A stretch of 63,835 nt of DNA, counting the filler, from Octopus bimaculoides (taxonomy: Eukaryota), in the NCBI RefSeq assembly GCF_001194135.2. It is 7 parts of 7 records of this genome, joined end to end, with 100 filler letters (N's around TTAATTAATTAA, not from the genome) between each part and the next. Parts side by side here need not be neighbours in the genome. Positions count along the whole stretch, not along the records: positions 1 to 15,678 come from NC_068982.1; positions 15,779 to 33,292 come from NC_068992.1; 5 more parts are not named here. One strand, given 5' to 3'. The first letter of the stretch is position 1; every line of letters starts with the position of its first letter. The notes under the pieces were generated by a model that was not told the DNA's origin, searched no databases, and was given only the letters and a program-made list of their open reading frames with translations. The translations under genes and the position numbers were made by a program. Shown in pieces: positions 11,672 to 24,485 of the stretch.

Positions 11672-14600
11672 TGTTCCCATATACATCCTTTCACGGAAGA
11701 GCAATTAAAGCAATGAGATGCAAGAAACACGGTATATCTAAGCATTTCATGAAACCACAAGGGAACAGCTTCTTTTAGTTTCTATAGTTGTATCTGTTGC
11801 ATGAAGTCATTCTTCCTTAAATCTTTTGAATAATTAACAGTAAATCTTCTGAACCGAAATCTTATAATTTTAAATCTTTAATTTACATTGAAATATTAAA
11901 CCCATTAAAAAGAAACTGCACTTCGGTTCATTGGGTTCTTGCTAATTAATTGAATATATATTCATAATATGAAGTTCAACTTTAAGCTGCCATTGTTGGG
12001 ATATGTATCCTGTCCAAATGTTTCTTTTAAGAGCTTCGATTGTGGTTCTTATCTTTATATCTTTATTTTTTTCATTTTTGTCAGCCATTTATTATTCTGC
12101 TGTCCTGACTGGAACCTCGTTGAAGAGTTTTGCAATGCGCTTGAAGATAACAGTCGGTTGTTTGATAATAATCTACGGGGTTTGGTGAAGGACTGGACAT
12201 TAATTGTCATAGGCCAATGTATTTGTTTCTTCTTAAAGCTTTGCTAGGTTAAAGTTAAAACTTACATTCAGCTGTCTTCCTCGGGTAGGAATTATTTAAT
12301 AATAACTTAACTTCATTTTGATGGCATATTGTAAATCACGTACCAATGGCTCCTGTATATGTCCAATGAGGAGGACAAAATTTAACCGTTCCCATATTGA
12401 CCAACTGTATCACCGAGATTTCCCATTAGTACAGGAATTTCCTATTCCAATGTCGTCGTTTCAATATTAATTCTCGTCAAAAATGGGGACGGTAAAGGCG
12501 TTTTTAAAATTCTCACGTATTACTACATATCTATAAAATGCAACCAGTATTAACCATATATTTCAAGTTCAAACAAATACAGAAAATGTAATATTAAAAT
12601 AATATTAATAATATGAAATATTAGAAACCTACTAACAGTCAGTGTTATTTATATATGTCGATAATGACATTTTAAACATATTCTTATGAACTTTGAAATA
12701 TATGCCGCAAATTCAGTCACGAAACATCATTTCCATTTGGCTAATGCAAAATACTTTAATCGCTACATTCAAAGTCATTTAATTCTACTTTGTCTTGCAA
12801 CCATTATTTATAATTGATAACAGTATATCTATTTATGTTGTGGTTTAAATAACATATTAAAAAGAGACGTTTTCTTTGTGTGCTAGAAGCAGTTAAGAAC
12901 TGGAAATGGAAGCATTTCAAATTGTGTATACCAACAATTGCTTTGTGTAGTGAAGAAAAACAAACTTTCTTAAAAGGATCAGATTAATAACATAAATAAC
13001 CAAAGCAAAATGGACCATTGTTCAAAATTATTGCTTATAATTATAGCAAATTGCTTCGGAAAGAAAATTTCAAAAACAAAATATCTGTAGATTATTTGTG
13101 TTGCATACAAACAGAAATTTGTTTATTAGATTATCGAAAATTATATTAATAATTAGTAGAGTCTAAGCCCGTAAAGAAAACGAAAAGTAAAATAAGTGAA
13201 ATTCTTCTGCCGAAATAAACACGAGTTCGATTTATTGATTCGCAATTGATATTATCAACTGTCCAGAACGCCAGACATCACTGACATCTGACTTTATTTT
13301 TAACAAATTTCAATAGGAGGTATTTTTAAAGGCTATAAATATTTTTGGTTAATATCAAAATTACAATGTGGAACCTATTTTAAACATTTGCTGTTTTGAC
13401 CTAAACTTCTGCTGCTGCAGTTGTTGCTAACTTAAAAGCTCTTTAGTTGAATCGATTCTGAAAATAAAACCTTTCTTCCATGATATAACAATATGAAGGA
13501 AGTAGTTATCAGCAATATGAACGAGCTGGTTAATTAGATAACCTTCAGAGTGCAAGAATGAAAGAAAGATCAATTTTCTCCATCGATAGTTAACATTGAA
13601 GTAAATGCATTCAGAAAAGAGGAATTGAAAAGAGGATTGATCTGAAGACAACCGTATTGAAATAATATTGAATAGACTGTACTGTTCATATGTGAAAGTA
13701 CTCAATGTGATTAGAACTGCTTTCATAGGTTCCATAACGATTTGGTGAAAGAAAAAGTTACATTTCTAAATATATAGAATTTTGGCTTGATTGGAAAATG
13801 ACCGAGAGAGCGAGAGATAGACGGTAGAAGTGGAAAAGTGGAAAAGTGATTGAATAAGAGTAAAAAGGTTGAAGGTAAATTTACATACTACACAATATGG
13901 AATCAAGGCAAACATTGTGGCATTTGGTTAAAAGACAACGATTTAGTTTAGAATTTCGGGAGCATTAAATTGTAATTTGACAGACGTTTTCTGCTATAAT
14001 TGATTCCATGAAAGAACATTAACTGCAAAAGATTACTGACAAGAGATATAACTATCATAATTATATAGTTTAATGGGCAGTAGTTTTAAGCACCCATCGC
14101 ATACATACGCCTACACACAAACATTAAACAGATATTCTGCAATTCTTTTCACCTATTACTGAATTCAGTCATTGAACTACGACCATCCTTCAAGCGTTAG
14201 TAGTCGATCGTATTGATTCTGTTTATTTCAATCTGGTTTTTATTTTAATAATAATAATCTTCATACATCAAATGACTAATTTGTGCTTTTAAATCGATTA
14301 GCAGTTTTGTAAATATAAACTTAAACACGCGTGTATATTTCTGTACGTGTGTGCATATATGAATATTTCTGTGTATATGCACGTTTATATCAACAGTGAT
14401 GTCTATTATTTGTTGCCTTACTTAATCTTGAACATATAAATAAATCTCCTAGAAGATAAGAATAGTTAAATCATAGACATTGGTGCACAACACTGAACGT
14501 TATTAGGTCATGAAATTCATCACAGGATTAACTTGCGAAATTTGTTCGATTCCAGATATAGAGCTCTAACACTATTCTATTGACAAACTCCTTTATATAT

Positions 14601-15322
14601 ATAAATAGATATTAGATGTTGTTGCTTTAAATTTTGAGGAAGTGGCCAGATATATATTTCTTAAATATGTATGAGATTAGTAAAAGAATCTCGACATTTT
14701 GGACTAAGTCCTTCAGAGGAAAGGATAAAAATATATTTTCATTGTACTTAATTTCTTAGAACTTGGACACATGAAATGGTACATAGATTTTGCGCATGCG
14801 TGAGATATAAGTCAGTAAACAAAGTATTCACTGATGTGTGCCGCATGGGCCAAGTAAAAGTTAAATCAATATTCATACTTGAAATAGCGTTAGCTTAAAA
14901 TAACGATGCGTATAATATTTACAATATATATATAAATTTAGAACGGCACTAGCGATAATGTTTGTCTGAGAGTAAAATTTCCCCAAACAAGTTAAAAACA
15001 CAATTCTCGCTTGAACAGCCTTAAAGTACGTATATTTATTTAATTTTAGCCCCATGAGCTTTCGCACAAATCATTTGAGATTTTGTGTAATGGTTTGTGT
15101 ATCGGAACGAGTATTTGTACTTAACTCAGAATAACTAGGTTTGTTCGTCTCTGTAGACACCAAACAAATTCGAAGCACCGGTGTCTCATGATCCGACGAC
15201 GACGTTCTGAGCATGCTCTGTATTATGCGACACATAAATGTTTTCGAGAAGTTTCTCTGAGACAAACATTAAAGCTAGCGTATTTCGACGTCTGTAAATA
15301 AACTATGTTATACATATTTTTT

Positions 15323-15610
15323 TCTACTCGAGGCACAAGGCCCTAAATTTGGTGGGAGGGGACCAGTCGATTAGATCAACCCCAGTATGCAATTGGTACT
15401 TAATTTATCGATCCCGAAGGCAAAGTCGACCTCGGCGGAATTTGAACTCAGAACGTAAGACAGATGAACGGTTATACATATTGTTAAACATATACATATT
15501 TTTTAAAGCAGAACTTATTGTTTGTAAGCCTAGTACTTATTCTATAGGTCTCATTTGACGAACCGCCAAGTTACGGGGACCGAAACATACCAACATCGGT
15601 TGTCAAGAGT
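15323..15610 (-). mobile_element. SINE family B fragment joined to a family A 3' part
   Basis: ggcacaaggcc...gtcgacctcggcggaatttgaactcag followed by cctagtacttattctat...ccaacatcggttgtcaag. Confidence 0.75.
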
Positions 15611-15644
15611 TGGTGTTGTCAAGAGATGGTTGTCAAGAGATGCA

Positions 15645-15678
<34 letters not shown>

Positions 15679-15778
15679 NNNNNNNNNNNNNNNNNNNNNN
15701 NNNNNNNNNNNNNNNNNNNNNNTTAATTAATTAANNNNNNNNNNNNNNNNNNNNNNNNNNNNNNNNNNNNNNNNNNNN
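15679..15778. other. Assembly placeholder: 44 N + TTAATTAATTAA + 44 N
   Basis: The identical 100-bp cassette recurs with the linker at 15723, 33337, 44231, 50689, 56716 and 62182. Confidence 0.97.
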
Positions 15779-15996
15779 ATATATATAAAAGGTTGAAAAG
15801 TAACACACGACTTGGTATGTATAAGGAATATAAGACAGGGTAAAAAAAATGCTAAAGTGCCCTTGCATTTGAAAACTATGGAAATATATTTTTGAAAAAA
15901 GCATTTCAATTCATCGCCGCAATGAATGAAACCCGTCCTAAAATGTTCTTCATGATAAATTATTTCAGCATTTTCTACCTTGTCTTATTTTCCTTA

Positions 15997-16047
<51 letters not shown>

Positions 16048-17505
16048 TTTATAACTTTAGTCTTCTTATATCAACTGTAATCAGATATGGAATGGACATA
16101 TAGATGACCTCGTCTCATTGGTTTTGATTTCAGAAGATCCGTTTTAATCTTACCCAGGTTCTCTTTGATGTATATTGAGATCTTTTAGAAGTTATGACAT
16201 TGTGATCTGTGTTATTATCAGAACATTGCGTTTATACTTATCACTGCGCAGCCCTCTTGGCACGTAATTTAACATAGTGATCCGCGTCTAAAGGTTGCCA
16301 GGTAGATGTAAGGCTTTGACTTCATACATCTAAAGATGTATAACTTCTTAAGTGTTGATAAACTGGATGGTGAAGGACCGTAACTTTTTGTGTCTTCACC
16401 TTGTACTAAATTATGGCAGGTACGATGCTTTTGTGTGTAGAAGACACTATCATGAATCAAGCATTTTTATGTAACGTGTAATGCACTTCTGGAGAATCTA
16501 GTCGCTTATTACACAGGCATAATCGCTATGGAAACATCTAATGTAATCGGCTACACTTAATGTGTAATGAAAAGTAGAATGCAATATATAAAATAGAGAT
16601 TAATAGTGTTTTTCATCGATCATATGACAAAAAGAAAAGTAAAAGAATATATCTGTAGTTTTGCACAACCCTATTCGTTTAGATCAGACACGGATTCTGC
16701 GGAATCGTTTCCCAAGAAGCGATAGTCATTTCCTCTAAACATGTCGACAAAGATTATAAAATGTTGTGCGTTCCACTAAGCTAAGTATTTTTAAAAAATA
16801 GTGCATGATCGATAGCTCAGGGGCCACGCTGGACGTTTTCTATTAACTGGTATGGAAACTGATGAAAAGTAGCGAGACCAGATAAAATAAGATTAATAGA
16901 TGGACAAAAACAGAAGTGTAGAAAGAAGGAAATCAGAGTGAATAAAAGGAAGGCGGAAGAGGAAAAGATGGAAAGAATGAACAGAAATAGAGAGGCAGAT
17001 TGAGACAAAAAAAGAAATTCTAAGTATATTAGCTAGGTAGAAGGATAAAAGGAAAAATAAATGATTGCTTCTACTCTCAGCAAGTGTCTGCTAAAACGAA
17101 AATGACATCATAAATTCATAAATTTTCTCGTGAATAAAATTTGTCACGTTATAAGTAATGAACTTGTTAATGAAAGATGTATACATTCACAACACGTTTA
17201 TCAAAATCTACAGGAGTGAAATGTCACAACATAGAAAAAGTACAAATAGCGCTGAAGAAAATGCTGCAAATTACAATTTTGAATACAAATACAAAGCAAA
17301 ATGAATACTTATCCAACAACAGCAGAAGATTACCAGAAAGAACTCTACTATATAAGAAATAATTCAAGTTTCGTCCATACAGTCTTAAGATGTTTCATAA
17401 GGCAGTTGATAAAATATCTGGAGAGGATATTTCCTGTAATTAAGATCAAGAACGTGTTATTTGTTTATTTCAAGTCTATTTCATCCATTAGCACTTGAAA
17501 ATGCA

Positions 17506-18913
17506 CACCCAGAATCACGCTAATAGCTTAGGAGCGAACTTTAGGATTTCTCAGTTTTCTGTGAATCTATGTTGATAACACTTTTCCCAGCTGGTTTGCA
17601 CACTAAGGCAACACCATTGTCATGCATTCATTATTCTGTGTAACGTCCTTTCTTTTTTTTTTATTTCAAATTCTTCATTTTATGGGTGAATCACGCTAAT
17701 AGCTTTTGAATGAAAATAGCCCATCTAGACATATTGATTTTCAGATAATGAAGGGTAATGATACATATTAAGTATACATTAAGTATATATTTAACAGAAA
17801 TACATAATAATGTTATAACAGTTATGGACATAATGAATTGTTTAGCCAAATATGCGCCATTTCGTCTGATAACTTAAAAAGACCCTATTGGTCATGGAAT
17901 CTCTCAAATTCCTTAATTGTAGCAGGTTGGTCTGCCTATTCTGCAGCTTTGATGGTCACCCATGAGATATTTTTCGACGTCAATTGGCGTCCATCAGCAT
18001 AAGCAGCTTGTTTAATTATGGAACAAATATTTTCGATTGGGTTGAGATCCGGAGATGCTGGTGGCCACACCATCAGTCTTCTACCTTGTATGTTGTAAAG
18101 CTGCAGTAATGTTTGGGCGGTCCTACCAGAGTGAGAGGGAGCGTTGTCATGCATGAATAAGAGATTCCTTAGAAGTAACAGTGGTATGTCATCTGGCCAG
18201 GGATCTATGACCTTCAGGAGATTCCAGTAGGCGGCATCTGTCTATTTAACTCTTTCGGGCATCCTGATTGGTCACCAAGTCTGTCCCCAATGATACCAGC
18301 CCACAACATAGTTCCTCCACCCTGTAGTTGACATCGTAAACGTTGGTTACACTGATCTACAAAAGTGACCCAAACATTTGCCCAACGTTCAGTTCAGTCA
18401 AATGACAACCTGGTCTCGAAGATACGATTTCTGGTGGTTTTCGGTACACGAGGAAGTCTGCAAGCGGTGAAAATGGCTTTGCTTGTTTGTCTACTTTTCC
18501 CACATAACTTGCGCCAAATAATTCTTAAATGCCTAGCTATCACAGTAATGGAGGTCCCTTAATCGGACCGGTTCTTCCTTGTCGAAGTATCTTTCAGGAG
18601 TTGTCTAACCGTGTCCACATGTCGACCTACTTTCTCCGTAATGACACAAAGACAAGTACATTTAACACTTTTCCTGATGATGACAGACCTTTCTTCATCG
18701 TTAAGGTATTTTCCACGCCCCATTGTTCTTAGGGAAGAGAGAGGCTATTAGCGTGGTTGACCCCAAAACTGAAGAATCTAAAGTAGAAAAGAATGGATGT
18801 TACACAGAATAATGATAAAATAACAATGGTGTAGCCATAGTGTGCAAAATCGATTCACAAAAAACCGAGAAATCCTAAGTTGCACTACTAAGCTGTTAGC
18901 ATGGTTCTGGGTG
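17506..18913 (-). mobile_element. Tc1-family DNA transposon, decayed, with long TIRs
   Basis: Transposase from ATG at 18723 (MGRGKYLNDEER...) to the DDE region HDNAPSH...WPPASPDLNPIEN; inverted termini cacccagaa... match over ~130-150 bp (17506-17660 vs 18785-18913); TA at the right flank. Confidence 0.92.
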
Positions 18914-20329
18914 TAGGTTACTGAAGCATCTTTAATTGCGGTTGCATGTGTAACCATACCTGCTATTTTCTTTCTCCCACATCACCATAATAATTATGTT
19001 GAACTTTGTACGATTTAGCACACAGCAATGGTATGCGCTTCATTTATTGTGAGAAATTACGATGGTTCACCATGACGCTGGATGCATGTGTTGCATATTT
19101 AGCAAAAATTGCAAAGAGATCGTAAAGCGGACCTCAATCCAATATTTCCGTCAATATTGTTTTCTTAACTTCCACTACATCTAATATCCATACGATCCCC
19201 ACCATTTACAAATCAATGACATTATTTCACTCATTTCTGTATTTATCGTACGCTATAGTATAATGCCTTGTGAGCTGTTTCTAAACATGCACATATTTGC
19301 AATAGAAGGCCTTAATACTGTGTCAATTTTCCGAATATTCTTTCAAACTTAGCAATTTCTAGAGTGCAGGGTACACAGACAAAATGGTTAATGATAAACC
19401 TACTGAACAAAGATCTACAGCTTGGCTATTTATGTCGTAAATACTTTGGATAGAACAAATAAACTGAGAGACTCTACTTGACTCTGTCACCGTGATAGAT
19501 AGCATAAAAATGTTCCTTTCATAAATTCAATGGACAACAACAATCTTGCGCAAACATTTCGCCTCAATTATCACTGGTTGTATTGGCAACTATGAGGTAG
19601 ATAAAAGAAAAAAGAAGACGAGGAGAAGTAAAATATAAACAAAAACAGGGGTGTGTTAAGTATCGGCATAAGAAAAGGTAGCTGAAGAGAGAAAACAATT
19701 GAGAGAAAAGAAAAAAACGTTTTTCAATCAGATGGTGACTGCGTATTCAAATGACCGGGAGAGGAAGTTGTTGGTTTGAGGAGTGGAAGGCAATGAAGAC
19801 AACATTGATTTCGTCTTTGTGTGTGAATGTGTGTGTGTGAGAGAGTGAGAGAGATAGAGAAGGTGGAAACACCTGGGCAGGCATGAAGCTAATGTGTGTG
19901 TGTGTGTGGGGGGGGTGCAAGTGTAAATGCGCGCGCGCATGTCTGTATGTGTGTGTACGTGAGTGTGTATGTGTGTGTGCGTGTGTGTGTATGAAGTAAT
20001 GTGCGTGTATATGTTGTGTTTATGCATGAGCATACATGTCTATGGACGTGTGAATTTGTAAGTGAGGCTATCTGGTGTATATGTGTTTGAAGATATTAGA
20101 CACGAGTATGTGTATGTATGTGAGTGCACCGGCGTATGTGAAGCTGTTTGTGTGTCTATACGCTGTGTGCGTTTAGCCTGTGTGTTTGTAAACTTGTGTG
20201 ATCCTATTTTCTGTTTGTATGTGTATGAAAGAGAGAGAGAGAGGCTATAAGACACAGTTCAGCGTGTGTGTACACTTTTATGTGCCTCTAGTATTTGTGT
20301 GCGTATATATTGTGTGTCTTCATGCGTGT

Positions 20330-20650
20330 GTTCATGGAAGCGTGCGAATTTGTGTATAGCAGAGTGCGAATGTGTATATGGAAGTATGCGTGAGTGTTTA
20401 TGGAAATGTACGAGTGTGTGTATGGAAGTGACGAGTGTGTGTATGGAAGTGTCCTAGTGTGTATATGGAAGTGTTTGAGTGTGTATATGGAGGTGTACGA
20501 GTGTGTTGTTGGAAGTGTGCGAGTGTGTACGTGGAAGTGTTCGAATGTGTGTATGGAACTGTGCGAATGTGTTTCGAAGTGTGCGAGTGTGTTTTTTGCA
20601 AGTGTGCGAGCGTGTATATGGAGGTGTGAAAGTGTGCGTATGAAAGTGAG
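20330..20650. repeat. ~22-bp minisatellite (cgagtgtgtatatggaagtgtg), about 13 degenerate copies
   Basis: Tandem units are directly visible. Confidence 0.8.
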
Positions 20651-21505
20651 TGAATGTGTGTATGTCTCAGTTTTCAATCGGTGTGTGTGTATCAGATTAT
20701 TGAACAAAGTACGTGTGTGTATGTAGATAATGTGTGTATTTGTGTGTGTGTGTTTCATGTGTTTGTGTCGGTCTATACGTGTCTATGTTTGCGAGTATGC
20801 GCGTGTGAGATGATTTGACCCATTTGTGTGTTATATGAAGATATTAAGTGTGCTTTACTGGACACAGATTTTAGGTAGGAATAGAGGAAGTCGGTGTTCT
20901 GAAGCGTGAGTGTTAGTGTGGATTGTGTAAATGCGGGAGAAAGAGGGACAGAGGACTTAGATCGTCGGGGATTCAAGTAAAGAGAGAGAGACAATTAATG
21001 CATGTCTTAACAGAGACGGAGAGCCGGAAGTCTGTATGGAAAACCAGGTGGAACGCAAACAGATGTTACAGGGAATAACCAATCGAATGGAAATGGCGTG
21101 GGTGCACACTACCATCACTGAATCTCGTGTCATGAAAATATTCGGCAAAACGGTCGGTTAGTTGCTGCCGACCAATTTGTCCAATTTACGGCAAGTGGTA
21201 AAGTGAGGGGATAACTTCATACGCACATGAACGGAGCATAGGATCACACGCATAGATACAAACACACACACATACATGCTAAACTCACACCGTACACTCT
21301 TACACATACAGTATCTTCATACACAATGTGCTCGTCAGCTCACACACACACACACACACACGTACACACGCACAGAGAAACACACTGACAAGAACACGTC
21401 AGATAGCCTTACATACATACGTATACATATGCATAATCACACAGAGTATAAACATATCTCTTCATACACACACACGTACTTGTTCGCGCACACCAATACC
21501 CACGC

Positions 21506-22325
21506 ATCTGAGTAGCTATAAGTGGTAAGGAGTCTTTGAACGGAGGTAGTTGCTCAAGGAACTCGAATAGGGAGTCTGAGAGAGAAGGAAGATCGGGCAA
21601 GCAGTGTCAAACTGAGGTGACCATGTGAGGATATAGTATTTGTGAAATAAACATTCAAGAAACCACACGAAAACGAAAATAAAAGGAAAAAATATGGCGT
21701 ATTAGGTTTATGATAACGAAAGAATAAAGAGAAAAAAAATTTCAATAAAAGATCAAACGTGTCTCAGTTACACTGTGACCGAATGGTGAATTGATCGCAA
21801 GAGGAAGTTATTTGACTGGAGGAGTGGTTGCCAAGGACAACACTGACCTGACATATGTGTGGATATGAGCAAGCACGTGCGTCCATCCGCACGCACATAC
21901 GCGCAACTCTTCGATTCATACACACTCTCGCGCACACATTAGCTCCATGCACAAACACGTCCGCGCACACATTATCTTCATACACAGTCACGAGCTTGCT
22001 TATACACCACACATATGTGAAGTCAGTGTTGTCCCTCTGGCCACCCACTTCCTCTTCCGTTTAATTCAGACACATTTGATCCTTTATTGTAATTGTTTTC
22101 TCTCCACATCTTTTCTTTCCTTATCATAAACCTAGTACGCCATATTTTTTTTTTTCGCTTGTTGTTTTCGAATGTTTCCACCATAAATACTATATGCTCA
22201 CATGGTCACCTCAGTTTGATCCAGCCTACCTGATCTTCATTCATTCTCTCTCAGACTTCCTATTCGACCTACTTGAGCAACTGCCTTATCTCAAAGACTT
22301 CCTTACCACTTATAGCTACTCAGAT
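21506..22325. repeat. Long inverted repeat, arms ~370 bp with a ~100-bp spacer
   Basis: 21506-21880 (tctgagtagctataagtggtaagg...aaactgaggtgaccatgtgag...aatatggcgta..aggtttatgataa...ggacaacactgac..acatatgtgtgg) matches the reverse complement of 21990-22325. Confidence 0.88.
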
Positions 22326-23200
22326 TACCCATTCGAAATCTATTACGACTATATCCGTCACTGCACTTGTAATACCACCTTGCTGGACCTTGCAGTTTCC
22401 TGAGGTTTACAACTAAGATAAATTAAAAGGTTACAAGTGCCTCTATTTTAATAGGCTTGATTACATCATCATTAAAGTCAATTACGTCCATAGGTACTTA
22501 AATTACTTTCAAGAACGCTTATTATAAGAGAAAAGGCCGTGTATCAAAATCTATGGTAGAAAATTACGAGGAAATGCGATATAAACGTATGATATTAGAT
22601 AAATGATGGAACCGTCAGCTGTTTAGTTTTGGTACATAATCTCCTCACATTGTGTTAGAATTGAATGAGGTGCTTTCGTAAGCATAACATTATTACCACT
22701 TCTTTATACTAATAGTTTATACTAATAGTTACTGCAGTTGTCAATCTTTCTGCATCATTCAAAATTAAAACCCAAAAATCTGTAATTGGTTTCGAGATCA
22801 TTCTGTCTGATTTTTGTCTCTAAAGCTTTATTTTCTTAAGAACTTTCGATTTAATGATAACATAATAGTTTCTCTTTGTGAGAAAGAAATTATTGGTTAT
22901 TTCTATCTTCAGAATAATATATTTGATCATGTTACAACAGTGTGTATGTTTTCTCGTGTATCATTAAATTTAGATAGAAACAACTGCTGATTTTATTCAA
23001 AAGGATAATAATTGGAAAACTTCAACTCAGAAATGATAGAAATACAGTTGTTTCCTTTATCTCATGTTACTTGATAAGCAATTGGATTATGTTACCATCT
23101 TAGTAGAAATTCATAATAGTTTCTCAAAATTTCTGTCTCTATTTTCTATCTAAATCTAAACAGAATGCAAAGAGGCTGATAAATAAATAATACACAATTA

Positions 23201-23412
23201 CAGTAATCCCTCGCCATTTCGCGGTTCACCTATCGCGGTTTATTATTTAAGCTTACGGCGATTCCTCCGCGGTGTTGTTTTGCATTTATAATAAAGTAAT
23301 ATATACAAATAAAAATAATGAAAAAAATGTACAGTACTGTTTCTACTTTGTGGATTTTTACCTATCACGTGGAGCTTTGGAACATAACACCCGTGATAGT
23401 CAAGAGATTATG
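23201..23412. mobile_element. Tigger/pogo-type MITE
   Basis: ta-cagtaatccctcg... and ...cccgtgatagtcaagagattatg-ta inverted termini; related copy at 56846-56945. Confidence 0.75.
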
Positions 23413-23834
23413 TATTGGGTTTCTCTCCTTTCCTTCTAGTCCATAAAAAACTGAATAAGTTTTCATTTACATGGCCTTAACAATTTTCCCTAAGGTTGCT
23501 CTCACCAATAAAATACCTTCAAAACACATCATAACGATGTGAAGTGAATACCAATTATGTACTTGATCACCTCATCTTTAATAGAAATTACGAAGGTTTA
23601 TTTATTTGTAATTTATGGTATTTGAGAAGAACAGATCTTCATTTTAAATAGGATTTTTTTCAAAGTATTAACTATTAATCCGACATAAAATCCATATTAT
23701 AATTCTAATCGTAAATCTTCGTTCGTTTTGTTCCTGATCTGCAGGGCCGTGGACAATCAAATATGTTTTACCTTAGTCCAGAATTTGATTATTATACTAA
23801 TGTGAAATTGATTTCAAATTTTGTGGCAACGCCA

Positions 23835-24020
23835 GCAAAATCGGGGAGGGGTGAATCGATTACATCGACCCAAGTGTTCAACTGGGACTTGTTTTATCGA
23901 TCCCGAAAGGATGAAAGGCAAAGCCGACCTCGACGGAATTTGAACTCAGAATGCAAAGACGGACGAAATGCCGCTAAGCATTTAGCCCGGCGTGCTAACA
24001 ATTCTGCCAGAACGCTGCCC
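23835..24020 (-). mobile_element. tRNA-type SINE, family B
   Basis: Reverse complement of ctggcagaattgttagcacgccgg...ctgagttcaaattccgtcgaggtcggctttgcctttcatcc. Confidence 0.85.
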
Positions 24021-24263
24021 TTTAAATGTGATATTATTGAAGAACTGTAGACTAGATTGTTAATATTGCTTAAAACAAATTCTAGATTTTTTCTCATCAA
24101 TTCTCATTGTAGGTTGTTCATGCCTGATTTGCATTAAAAAATATCACAATATGTAGTTTATTTGGAGCAAATAATTTTAATTATATACTTGTTTGTGTTT
24201 GACTTGTCTGTGCAAGTGTATGCATGAAATAGTTTAATAATGGCCGGATTATTATATAAAATG

Positions 24264-24267
24264 ATAG

Positions 24268-24336
<69 letters not shown>

Positions 24337-24375
24337 AAAATAGATGGGTAAATAGATAGATAAATTTATAGATAG

Positions 24376-24455
<80 letters not shown>

Positions 24456-24485
24456 GTAAGTAGATAGATAGGTAGATAGAGAGAT
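24264..24485. repeat. (GATA)n array
   Basis: Direct observation; similar GATA/GACA arrays at 42915-43040 and 57031-57120. Confidence 0.95.

Noticed and set aside
20330-20650. Regularly spaced repeats as a CRISPR-like array
   Set aside because: They are tandem degenerate units without unique spacers, in eukaryotic DNA with no cas genes.
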